The notes under the pieces were generated by a model. The model searched no databases and was not told the DNA's origin. It saw only the letters and a list, made by a program, of their open reading frames with translations. A stretch of 64,000 nt of DNA, taken from NCBI GenBank assembly GCA_014905635.1, contig JABVCE010000013.1, positions 682,001 to 746,000 on the forward strand, written 5' to 3'. Positions 22,937 through 33,497 of the stretch are shown here, piece after piece; position 1 is the first letter of the stretch; each line of letters starts with the position of its first letter. Source of the DNA: Scenedesmus sp. PABB004. Its lineage: Eukaryota. Made by a program: the position numbers and the translations under genes.

Positions 22937-25900
22937 TCACAGCTGCTCGCCCTGGTCAGGCCGCGGCTGGTGCTCCGCGTCGGCCCCGTCCGACACCGTC
23001 GCGGCCAGGGCCGCGAGCGCCAGCAGCCCCTCCTTGACGGCGCACGGCACCGCGACGATCGCCGCGGCGCCGCCGCCGCCGGCGGCCTCGCCCTGCGGCA
23101 CGACCGCGGCCGCGCCCACGGCCGGCATGCTGCGCGGCGCGCCCACGGGCCGGCCGGCGCCGGACGCGGCCGCGCCGGCGCCTGTGGCGACGCCCGCGCC
23201 GCCCGGCGCGGGCGCGGCGGCTGCGCGGCCCTCTTTGAACGCCAGGCGGAAGCGACTGTACCCCCCGGCGCCGGCGCCGCCGCCGCCGCCCGGCGCGGGG
23301 GGCGCAAACGGCGTTTCGGCGCTGGGCGCGTAGCTGCTGGCCCCGGTGACAAAGCCAGGGGCAGCGGAGGCGCCGCCCGGCGCCATGCGGCTGTAGCCGC
23401 CCCCGCCAGCGGCGCCGGCGCCGGCGCCGGCGTCGGGCGGCGCCGCGCCGCCGCGCAGCTGCTGGGCGAGCAGCGAGTTGGAGGCCACCACGGAGCGGCG
23501 CACCTCCTCGACCTGCGCCAGCGCCGCGGCGACCTTCTCGGCCGCCGCGCGGCGGGCCGCCTCCTTGCTCGCGAGCCGCGCCTCCGCCGCCTCGCTGGCG
23601 AGCGCCAGCGCGGGCGCGGCGGCAGCGGGCGCGGCGGCCGCGGGCGCACGGCTGCTGCCCGCGCCGCCGTCGCCGTCGCCGCTGCTGCTGGTGCTGCGTG
23701 CGCCGCCGCCGCCGCTGCTGCTGCTGCTGCTGCCCTTGCGCGCGCCGCCGCTGGAGCGGGGGCCGCCAAAGCCGCGGCCGCTGCTGCTCCCGCCGCCCTT
23801 GCCGTTGCCGTTCTTGCCGCTGCCCTTGGACTGGAAGACGGCGGCGATCGCCTCGATGGGCGACCGCGGCTGCTTCGCCGGCTCCGGCTGCGGCTCGGGC
23901 TCGGGCTCCGGCTCCGGCTCCGGCTGCGCCTCCGCCTGCGGCTCCGGCTGCGCCGCGGGCGGCGCGGCCTGCTGCTCCGCTGGCGGCGCGGGCGCGGTGA
24001 TGGTCGCCGAGATGGTGACCTGCCCCATCGACGCGAGGGGGATGCCCATGCGCGACATGAGCGCCGCGAGCAGCTCCTTTGCGTCCACGTCGACGCTCAG
24101 GCTCTCCGCCGAGAACGTGATCGTGCCGTCCGTGCCCAGGTTGACCGCCGCCGGCTGCGCCGCCGGCTGCGGCTCGAGCGGCTGCTGCTGCTGCTCCGCC
24201 TCCGGCTCCGCCGGCTGCTGCGCCGCGGCGAGCGCGGGCTCGGGCTGCTGCTGCGGCGCGGGCTCCGGCTGCTGCTGCTGCTGCTGCTGCTGCTGCGGCG
24301 CGTCGTCGGCGTCGAGGCTGCCCGCGGCGCTCGCGGCCTCGACCGCCGCGGCCGCGGCCTTCATCGCCGCCGCGGCCTCGGCCGCCGCCGCGGCCTCTGC
24401 CGCCGCCGCCGCCGCGAGCTCCCCGGGCGTCGGCAGCGGCGGCGGCGCGAGCGCGCTGAGCTGCTCCAGGTCGGCCGCGATCGCGCTGTTGCCGGCCTGC
24501 TTCGCCGCCTCGAGCAGCAGGCTCGCGCGCTGGTCGGCCTGCTGCTCCAGCGCCGACGCGGCGGCGAGCAGCTCCTCCACATACTCCTCGGCGAGCCGCC
24601 CCTCGTCCACGCCCGCCGCGCCGAGCGGCAGCGGCGCCGCGGGCCCGCCGTCGCCGCCGCTGCGCGAGAGCGCGTCCTCCGCCGCCGCGAGCAGCTGGTC
24701 CACCGTCGCCGACAGCACCGTCTCGCTCACGTGGCTCGCCTTGATCGCGCCCAGGCCGGGCACCGCCACGACGCCGTCGTCGCCGCCGCCGCCGCTGCCG
24801 GCCGGCGCCGGCGCGGCCGCGGACGCCGCGGCCGCGGCGGGGGCGGCGGACGGCGGCGGCGAGCCGAAGCCCTCAAAGCTGGGCAGCTCCGAGGGGTCGA
24901 TGATGGCGACCTGCAGCTTGCCGCTGTCGGGCAGCTCGGACCGGCCGCCGCCGCCGGCCGCCGCCGCGCGCTGCGCGAGCTCCGCGTCCGCCTCTGCCGC
25001 GGCCTCCTGCGCCAGCTGCTGCTGCGCCGCCATGGCGGCCTCCTTGCTGCGCTGGCGCGCCTCGATCGCCTCCTGCACGCCGCCCTCCAGCAGCGCGACG
25101 GTCGCGTCATACTTCTGCGCCGGCGCGGCGCGGCGCGGGGCAGGGCGGGGCGGGGCGGCCGCGCGTGAGCGCGCGCCCGCGCGCAGGCGGCGGGGCCCGC
25201 CCCGCGCCCCAGGCCGGCGCGGCGGCCGCGCGTGAGCGCCACGCGAGCGCGCGCCCGCGCGCGGGCGGCGGGGCGTGCTCCGTGCCTTCCCCAGGTCGGC
25301 GCCGAGCCGCGCCCTGGGTCGGCGCCGCACCTTGAGCCCCTCGCTGAGCAGCGACATGCGCTGGTCGAGCTTGCGCTTCTTCTCCTGGATCGCCATCACC
25401 CGCGCCTCGACGGCCTTGAGCTGCTGCTTCAGGTACGCCCTGCGCGGCGGCGCGCGGCGGCGGCGCGGTGGGCGCGCAGCGCCGCGCGCGGGCGGGCGGC
25501 GCGCGCCGCCGCCGTCGCCCCGCCCTCCGCGCCCCTCCCGCGGCCAGCCAGCGCGCGGCGTTGGGGCGCCGCACCGGTCGGGCTTGACCTCCACGCGGCT
25601 GTTGGTGACGTCGTTGAAGCTGCACGACACGCCGACCTGGCCCACGGGCGCGCCCGACACGCTCGTCGTCTCGGGGATGAGCACGCTGCGGTCGGCGCCC
25701 TGCTCCCAGCGCACGCCGCCGCCGGCCGAGGGCGGCTCCTGCATCACGACCTTGAAGTTCACCGCGCCGACGGGCAGCTGCACGTCGAGCGTCCACGTGT
25801 GGCCCTCGTGCCACTCCATCGTCGGCGCCTGCGCGCGCGCGCGCGCGCGCGCGGGCGCGGGCGGCGGCGGCGGCGCGTGGGCGGCGGCGCGCGGGCCCGG

Positions 25901-26779
25901 CGCGCGCTCTGCAGCCCAGGACGGCCGCGTCTCGCAGGCCGCGCGCGGGGGCGCCGCCGCACCTGCTCGACCTTCCAGTTGCCCAGCTCCTCGAGCGAGC
26001 CCACGACCTTGAGCACCTGGCCCCAGTGCGTGAGGTACTCAGGAACCACAAACTGCACTGGGACCTTGGCCGGCCCGCCGGCGCCGGGCGCGGCGGGCGG
26101 GCCGCCGCCGGGCGCCTGCGGCGCGAGCGCGCTGCCCGGGTCGGCCTGCGGGCGCGGCGGCGCGGCAGCGGGTGGGCCGCCGGCGCGGGGGGCCCCGGCG
26201 CGGCGCGGCGCGCGGGCGCCAGGGCGGTGGCAGCAGCGGCAGCGGCGGCGCGGCGCCCGCGCCCGCCCGCGCCGCGCGCTGCCGCTGGTGGCGCCCCCGC
26301 TGCCTGCGGGGGCCCCCGCGCCCCCTGCAGCCGCCGGAGGGGCGTGCGGGCCCGGGGCACGGCGCCAGGCTGCGTATCGGTCGCGCCCAACAAACGCGGC
26401 CCGCTCTCCCAGCCCGCGCTCGCGCAGGCGCCAGGGACGCACCTGCGGGTCCTCAGGCGCCGATCGCACACGGACGCCGCGCGGCAGGGGCACGGGGGCC
26501 CGGGAGCGGCGGGGCAGGGCGACGCGGCCTGCGCAATGATGCCGCGCGCGGGTGTCAGCAGGGGCCGCGGGCGGGCCCGGCGCTGCGCCCAGGCCTGACG
26601 CCGACGTCCCGCTGCCCAATGCCGGCGCGGCGCGTCGCACGGCGCCCCCTGCGAGGCGCCAGGCCCCTGGCGCTGCGCTCACCCGGCGCACTCGGGCCGC
26701 ACGGCGCCGCGCCCGGGCGCGGCGCCGGGCATGCGGAGCGCACGCCCCGCGCTAGGGCTCCCTGGTGCATCAGCAGCAT
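22937..26779 (-). CDS. Plastid-targeted CBM20 starch-binding protein with coiled coil and long disordered C-terminus
   Basis: Transit-like MLLMHQGALARGVRSAC..|..RGVRVRSA; CBM20 motif VQFVVPEYLTHWGQVLKVVGSLEELGNWKVEQ|APTMEWHEGHTWTLDV..FKVV..VRWEQGADRSV; heptads YLKQQLKAVEARVMAIQEKKRKLDQRMSLL; terminal exon of ~2.2 kb ending at TGA 22937. Confidence 0.82.
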
Positions 26780-27360
26780 CGCGCAGGCCCGCCGCGCATG
26801 CGGGAGTGTGTCGCGCCGCGCCTGGCTGCTGCGAGCGCGTGGGACGGACGCGGTGCGCGCACTGGGTCGACCCCGGCGCGCGGGCGGCGATCCGCGTGGC
26901 CGCAGGGGCAGGCAGAACGGCCGGCAGCACCCGAACAACCCCTGCGAACGCCCACGTTGCGTGTGCGGAGCGCCCCAGGCCGTCACTCGCCCGCCCGACG
27001 CTCCCGCGGCCCCGCCCGCCCTCGCTTGAGCACCCGGCCACCCCCGCGCTGCCGACCGCGCCCGAGCGCCGCCGCTGCGCTCGGCGCGTGGCGCGCAAGC
27101 CGCCCCGCACGCTCCGCCGCCACGACCCTCAGTCATCCGGCCGCTGTTAAGCCGACCCGCCTCGCCAGCCGGCGGCCGCCCGCGCAGCGCTCGCCGCTGC
27201 CGCCGCGCCCGCACTAGCAGCGCGCCGCATGCGCAGCGCGCCGCCGCGGCCGGCGGCGGCGCCGGCGGGTCGGCAGCAGGCCGGGGGACGGCGCAGCGAG
27301 CGGCGCGCCGCGCCGCCGCCGCAGCGAGCGTAGCGGGCGCGGCCGGCCCCAACCGCCGCG

Positions 27361-30122
27361 ATGGCGGCGGCGTGGGGCTCGCACGACGCGCACGGGCCCA
27401 TCGAGCTCACGCCATTCCGGCACAAGGCGCGCACGGGCCCGCCGCGACGCGCCCCAGCAGCAGCGCTCGCCGCGCGCGCGCGCCAGCGCCAGCGCGCGCG
27501 CGTGCCAGCCCGCGCCGCGGCCCGCGCCGCGCCGCGCGCCGCAGGACGCGCTCGCGCCGCACGGCCAGGCCGAGGAGGGGCTGCACGGCGCGGCGAGCCT
27601 CGACCTGCGGGACTATGGCCTTGGCGGCCCGCCGCCGGCGCGCCGGCCGCCGCGCTCGGCCTGGGAGTTCCTGCAGCACCAGGGCGGTGCGTGCCGCACG
27701 CGGCGCGCGCCGCGCACGCCGCGCGGCGCGCACGCGGCGGCGCAGGCGGTGCAGGCGGCGGCGCGGCCGCGCGCGCGTCACCGCCGAGCCCCCGCTGAGC
27801 CCCGCGTCGGTCGACCGCCAGGCTGGCTGCTGGCGACGGCGCACATTGTGACCGCCATCATCGGCGCCGGCGTGTTGGGCCTGCCCTATGCGCTCAGCTG
27901 GCTGGGTGCGCGCGCCGCCGCGCCGCCGCCGCGCCCCGCCCGCGCCGACGTCCGCGGCCGCGGCCGCGGCCGCCCACGCGCGCCGCGCCGCGCCGCTGCG
28001 CGCGCAGGCTGGGCGGGCGGCGTCGTCGTGCTGCTGCTCTTTTACGTCATAACGCTCGTGTCCAGCCTGCTGCTGACCGAGTGCCACGAGACGGGCGGCG
28101 TGAAGCACGAGACCTACCGCGCCGCGGTCAAGCATGTCCTGGGTGCGCGCCCCCGCCCCCGCTCCTCAGCGCCCGCGGCGCGGCGCCGCTGGCCGCACGG
28201 CCGCGCCGGCCCCGCCGGCATGCAGCCAACTCGCCGCCCCGCCGCGCGGTGCGCGCGCGCAGGCCCGCGGCACGCCGCCGTGCTGTCGCTGTTCCAGTAC
28301 CTTAACCTCGTCCTCTCATCCATAGGCTACACCGTCGCCGCGGGCCAGAGCCTGCGGTGCGCGGGCGGCCGCCTGAGCTCGAGCGGCGCAGCCGCCGGCC
28401 CCGCGCCGCGCCGGCCCCGCCCCGCGCGCGCGGCGGCGGCCGCGCGCGCGGCCGCCGCCGCCGCCGGCGCCGCCGCGACGCCCGCGCGCGCCGCGCCGCG
28501 CGCAGGATCCTCGTCGGCGAGGTGTGCAGCCGCTCGCGGTTCGAGGCGTGCTACGACCAGACCTGGGTGATGAGCCTCGTGTTTGGCGCGTGCCAGCTGC
28601 TGCTGAGCCAGCTGCCCAGCCTCGAGGCGGCGTGGTGGTCGTCCATCGTCGGCGCGGTCATGTCCTTTGCCTACTCAACCTGCGCCCTCGGCCTCGGCGC
28701 CGCGCAGGGTGCGCCCCGCCCCGCCCGCCGCCGGGCCCGCCGTTGCCCGCGCACGCCCGCGCCGGGCGCCGCGACCCAAACCCCGCGCCCCGCGCCCCGC
28801 GCCCCGCGCCGCGCAGCGCACCGGCGCCAGGGCGACCTGCTCGGCCGGCCCGCGCCGCCGCTGGAGAAGGCCCTGAACGTGTTCAACGCCCTCGGGTCGA
28901 TCGCGTTCGCATACAACTTCACGGGCGGTGCGCGGCCCCGCCCTGCCGCCGCGCCGCGCCGCCGTGTCGTGCCGCCGCGCCGCGCCGCGCCCCGGACATC
29001 CCCCGCGCCTGCGTGCTTGCACGGCTCTGCGCTGCCCTCAAGCCCTCCGCGCCCACGCCCCCCGTGCTCTCTCCCCTCACGCCCGCGCTCATGCCGCCCC
29101 CCCCCCTCTGCACGCAGTGCTGATGGAGATCCAGGCGACGCTGCACGAGCCGCCGCGCGCGGCGGTCAACATGCGCCGCGCGGTGCACGCGGGCATGGGC
29201 GCCTCGCTCGCCTTCTACATCGCCGTCTCGGCCACCGGCTACGCCGCGCTCGGCAACGCGGTGCCCGGCGACATCCTCACCGCGTACGACCGCCCCGCGG
29301 GCGTCGTGACGGCGGCCAATGCGATGGTCCTGCTGCACATGCTGCCCGCGTACCAGGCGCGCCGCGCCGCGGCGCGCCGCCGCCCTGCCCCTGCCCCGCC
29401 GGCGCCGCCCTCCCGCCGCCGCCTGCGCCGTCCTCCCCGCGTGCCGCGCCGCCCTCCCTGCGTGCGGCGCCGCCCTCCCGCCGCGCGGGCATGCCCGACG
29501 TGCGCGCCCCCCACCGCGCCCGCGCGCTCACGCCCCCGTGCGCCCGCAGGTGTTCAGCCAGCCCGTGTTCCACGGCCTCGAGGCTGCCTTCACCGACCAC
29601 GCGCCGCGGCGCTGCGCGGCGCTGCCGCCGCGCGCGCTGCGCCTGGCCGGGCGCTCTGCCTACGTCGCGCTCACCACGGGCGTGGCGGTGGTGATGCCCT
29701 TCTTCACAGACATCATCGGCCTCGTCGGCGCGCTCGTGTTCTGGCCCGCCGCGGGTGCGCGCCCGCCGCGCGGCGCAGCGCGCGCGCCCGCGCTGACCGA
29801 GCGGCGCGGCGCGCGGCGTGCGGGGGCGCGGCCCAGACGCACCCCCGCCCCTGCTCACACACCCACCCACCCACCCACACACCCTCTGTGCGCGCGCCCC
29901 CTGTGTGTGCGTGTGCGCCCCCTGTGCGCCCCCCCCCCCTCCCCCACAGTGTTTTACCCGGTCAAGCTCTACTCCGCGGTGTACCGCCCCGGGCGGCGCG
30001 CGCGCGCCGCGATGGCCGCGATGAACGCCGCCGCCGCAGTGACGTCGGTGCTCGCGGTCGTCGGCGCGTCGTGGAACATACGGCAGCACGTCGGCGCGTT
30101 CACGCTCGGCTGGCGGACCTAG
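27361..30122 (+). CDS. Amino acid permease (AAAP family), paralog 2, multi-exon
   Basis: [93 protein letters not shown]. TAG at 30120-30122. Confidence 0.93.
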
Positions 30123-30483
30123 CGCAGCGCTCGACGCGTGGCGGCGCGGCGGCGCGAGCGGCGCGCGCGGCGGCTACACGCGTCGCGCGCTGCCGGCGCT
30201 GCAAGGGCGCCGCGCGGCCGGGGCGCACGAGCGCGTGGGGCATGCCGGGCGAGAGACGCGGCGGCGTGGCCTCAACTCAGCGCTTGCAACTCGGCGAGCC
30301 AGGAGTGCCCCGCACGGCAGGGGTCCCCAGCAGCAACTGCGCACGCACCCACACACGGCCGCGGCCGCCGCTGCAGCCCCCGCACGCCTCGCAACGCCCC
30401 GAAGTGTGTGCGCACCGCACGGCCTGCGCCCGCCCGCGCGCACGCCACCGAGGCCCCGCCGCCTACTCGCCCGCGTCTGCTGC

Positions 30484-32658
30484 TCAAACCCATTCGCGCG
30501 CGCGCACCGCCAGCTGCTGCAGCAGCCCCTGCGCGTGCGCCCCACGCCGCCGCAGCGCGTCCTGCCAGAAGACCGGGTGCGAGGGCGCCACCTTGTCGTC
30601 AAACTGGGCCCACAGGTCGGGCGGCGAGGCCTGCGCGACAGCGCGGGCGGGCAGGGGCAGCGGTGAGCGCGTCGCGTGCACGCGCGTTGTGTGCCCTCCG
30701 CCAGAGCGCCGCGGTGAGTTGCGCACCTCGGACCGCAGGAAGATCTTGAAAGCATTGCAGTATTCATCGTCTGGGTCGGACGAGGGACCCAGGTCGCGAG
30801 CGAGCGACTCCGACTCGACGTGCAGCCGAGTCAGCGCGGTCAGCGCCGTCAGCCGCACGATGCCCCGCGGCGACAGCTGCTCCGACGCCAGCACCGACAG
30901 CTCGCGCAGGCCGGTCAGGCGCGCCAGCACACTCCGCGCCACACCGTCGTCCACGCTCTCGCCGCCCAGCACCAGCAACGTCAGCGCGCTCAGCTGCAGC
31001 AGCGCCCTCAGGCCCTGCCGCTCCTCGGGCTTGGGCGCGCCCAGCAGCGACAGCTCCTGCAGCCCTGGGCAGCAGCCGGCGATGCGCGCCAGCTCTGCCG
31101 CGCCCAGCACGGGCCCGAATGGGCCGCAATCATCCGAATACAGGTATGTGTAAGGAATAAAACCGTCAAACGCCTGCTCGTCCACGCCGAGCCGCAGCAC
31201 GCGCAGCGCGGCGCACGCTGGCGCGCCGGCCGCCGCCGGGAACGCGGTCAGCAGCGCGCCGTTGGGCAGGTCGCAGCCGCGCAGGTCGAGCTCGGTCAGG
31301 TGCGGCGACGCGGTGAGGCCCGAGCACAGACCCACAAACTCGGCATGCAGCCGCTCGCCGTCGTCATCATCCACGCCGTCCAGCTCTGCCTGGTCGTCCG
31401 CCCACAGCGCAGCAAGCACCGCCCGGCCCAGGCGCAGATGCCGCAGCTCGCGCAGCAGCGGCAGCACGCGCAGCAGCGTGCGCGTGTCGCCGTTGGGCAG
31501 GACATGAACTGACAGCCACGACCCACCCCAGTCGCCCACCCACAGCGAGGTGAGCACAGAGGCGTGGTGGTGCAGCAGGGCCGGGTCAAACGCAACGGCG
31601 CCGATCAACGCCAGGCTCTGCAGGCACGGCAGCTCGCGCAAGCTGCAGTCCGCCGTCAACTGAAGCCGCCCGCATCCCCGCAGCTCCAGCAGCGTCAGGC
31701 TGGCCGGCAGCGGCGGCAGCTGCGCCGCCGCCCACTTGCTGAGCCGCAGCTCGCGCAGCTCCTGCAGCTGGCTGATGGGGGCCAGGCCGCTGGCTGCACC
31801 GCTGAACGACAGGCGTGGATTGCCTGTCCAGTAACAGCTGGCCCCCAGGCTGAGCGACGTGAGCGCGTGCAAGCGAGCAAACACACGCAGGTCCAGCTCG
31901 GCGTCGCGCATCAGATGCACGCTCAGCGCCCGCAGCTCGCTCAGCGCCGCCAGGTTGGGGATGGTGCTGGCGCTCCAGCCGCGCAGGCTCGACACGCTGA
32001 GCCGCGTGAGCGCGCTGGGCAGCTCGTGCGCGCCCGTCAGCAGCGGTTGCTCTGTCTTGTCGTAGTAGCTTCGCTCCTCAAGCTCCAGGTCGCGCAGGGC
32101 CGTCAGAGTGCTGAGCTCACACGCCAGTGAGCCGCAGCAGCCCAGCAGCCGCAAGCTGGTGAGCTGGTCGCCAGCTGCTGCTGCCGCTGGAGCGGCCGCA
32201 GCGCCAGCCGCCTCGCCGCCTGCCACCGGCGCGTCCGGCGGCAGCAGCGTAACGTCCTCCAGGCTGAGGTGCCGCAGCGCCGGCAGCGGCAGCAGCAGCG
32301 GCAGCTGCACCTCCAGCGACCACCAGCTGTGAATGTCCACGCGCTCCACGTGGCGCCCGTGCCGACCCAGCCACGCCAGGAGCACCTTGCCCTTCTGCAC
32401 CTGCCTGTCATCATCGCCGGTGGCCTTGTTGAACTGCACCTCGCTGGTCGCCAGCACCGCCGCCGCGCGCCATGCGCGCGCCACGCGCGCCGCGGCGCCG
32501 AGGCGGTCCCTGACGCTCAGGCGGCGGAGCACCAGCGCCAGCACCTCCACTGGCAGCTCCTGCCCGCTGCTGCGCTTGCTAGCGTGGTTGGGCCCCATAG
32601 GCAGCTCCTCCCCTGGCCCTGCCGGGTCGCTGCTGCGCTTGCTGGCGCGCTGTCCCAT
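30484..32658 (-). CDS. F-box/LRR protein, copy 3 (intact; 96-nt in-frame intron 30726-30631)
   Basis: ELPVEVLALVLRRLSVRDRLGAAARVARAWRAAA plus an LRR series colinear with copy 1. Confidence 0.85.
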   Translation of the reverse strand: MGQRASKRSSDPAGPGEELPMGPNHASKRSSGQELPVEVLALVLRRLSVRDRLGAAARVARAWRAAAVLATSEVQFNKATGDDDRQVQKGKVLLAWLGRHGRHVERVDIHSWWSLEVQLPLLLPLPALRHLSLEDVTLLPPDAPVAGGEAAGAAAAPAAAAAGDQLTSLRLLGCCGSLACELSTLTALRDLELEERSYYDKTEQPLLTGAHELPSALTRLSVSSLRGWSASTIPNLAALSELRALSVHLMRDAELDLRVFARLHALTSLSLGASCYWTGNPRLSFSGAASGLAPISQLQELRELRLSKWAAAQLPPLPASLTLLELRGCGRLQLTADCSLRELPCLQSLALIGAVAFDPALLHHHASVLTSLWVGDWGGSWLSVHVLPNGDTRTLLRVLPLLRELRHLRLGRAVLAALWADDQAELDGVDDDDGERLHAEFVGLCSGLTASPHLTELDLRGCDLPNGALLTAFPAAAGAPACAALRVLRLGVDEQAFDGFIPYTYLYSDDCGPFGPVLGAAELARIAGCCPGLQELSLLGAPKPEERQGLRALLQLSALTLLVLGGESVDDGVARSVLARLTGLRELSVLASEQLSPRGIVRLTALTALTRLHVESESLARDLGPSSDPDDEYCNAFKIFLRSEVRNSPRRSGGGHTTRVHATRSPLPLPARAVAQASPPDLWAQFDDKVAPSHPVFWQDALRRRGAHAQGLLQQLAVRAREWV

Positions 32659-33497
32659 GGCGCTGGCGCCAGCGAGCGGGCCTGGCGTGTGGCAGCGGCA
32701 GGGCGGGCGTCAGCGTGGCGGTCGCGCGCGGGGCGCCTGCCCGCCCACGCCACTCCTGCCCGCTGCCGCCAGCGGACCATCCACGCACCGGGGAGGCGGA
32801 GGGGCGCTCTGGCCGGGGGCGCGGCGCTGGGGTGCGCCGCTGCTGCTGCGCCGTGCGCCGCCGCGGGCGCTGCTGCCGCGGGCCCTGCAGGGGCGCTGGG
32901 GCCGCGAGGGGCCGGCCGCGAGGCGCTGGCGAGCGCGCCCCAGGCGGCGCCTGACGCCTCGCGGGCGGCAGGTGGCGGGAACAGCGGCGCGCGCTGCTGC
33001 TGGCGGCCGCGCGGGCGAGATTCGGCGGCTGCTGCGGCGGCGCGAGCGGCGGCAGCACCTCCCTCTCTCTGACCGGCCGGCGGGCGGCGGCGTCTTGCAC
33101 ACGGTGTGGAGCGGGCGCTGCGTCACGCGGCCCTGAACCGCGCCCACTCGCCTGCCGCCACGGCACGCCACACGGCGGGGATCGGTGCGCGCGGCGGCTG
33201 CCGGCGATGGTCCTGCATCACATGCTGCCCGCGTGCCAGGCGCAGAGCGGTGTGCCGGGCGAGAGACGCGGCGGCGTGGCCTCAACTCAGCGCTTGCAAC
33301 TCGGCGAGCCAGGGATGCCCTGCACGGCAGGGGTCCCAGCAGCAACTGCGCACGCACCCGCACACGGCCACGGCCGCCGCCGCAGACCGCGCACGCATCG
33401 CAACGCCCCAGAGTGTGCACACCGCACGGCCTGCGCCCGCCCGCGCGCACGCCACCGAGCGGCCTCACCACGCCGCCTACTTGCCCGCGTCTGCTGC

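Noticed and set aside
25975..25990. NWK as a pyrenoid Rubisco-binding motif
   Set aside because: It is the conserved LGxW of the CBM20 fold and is not repeated.
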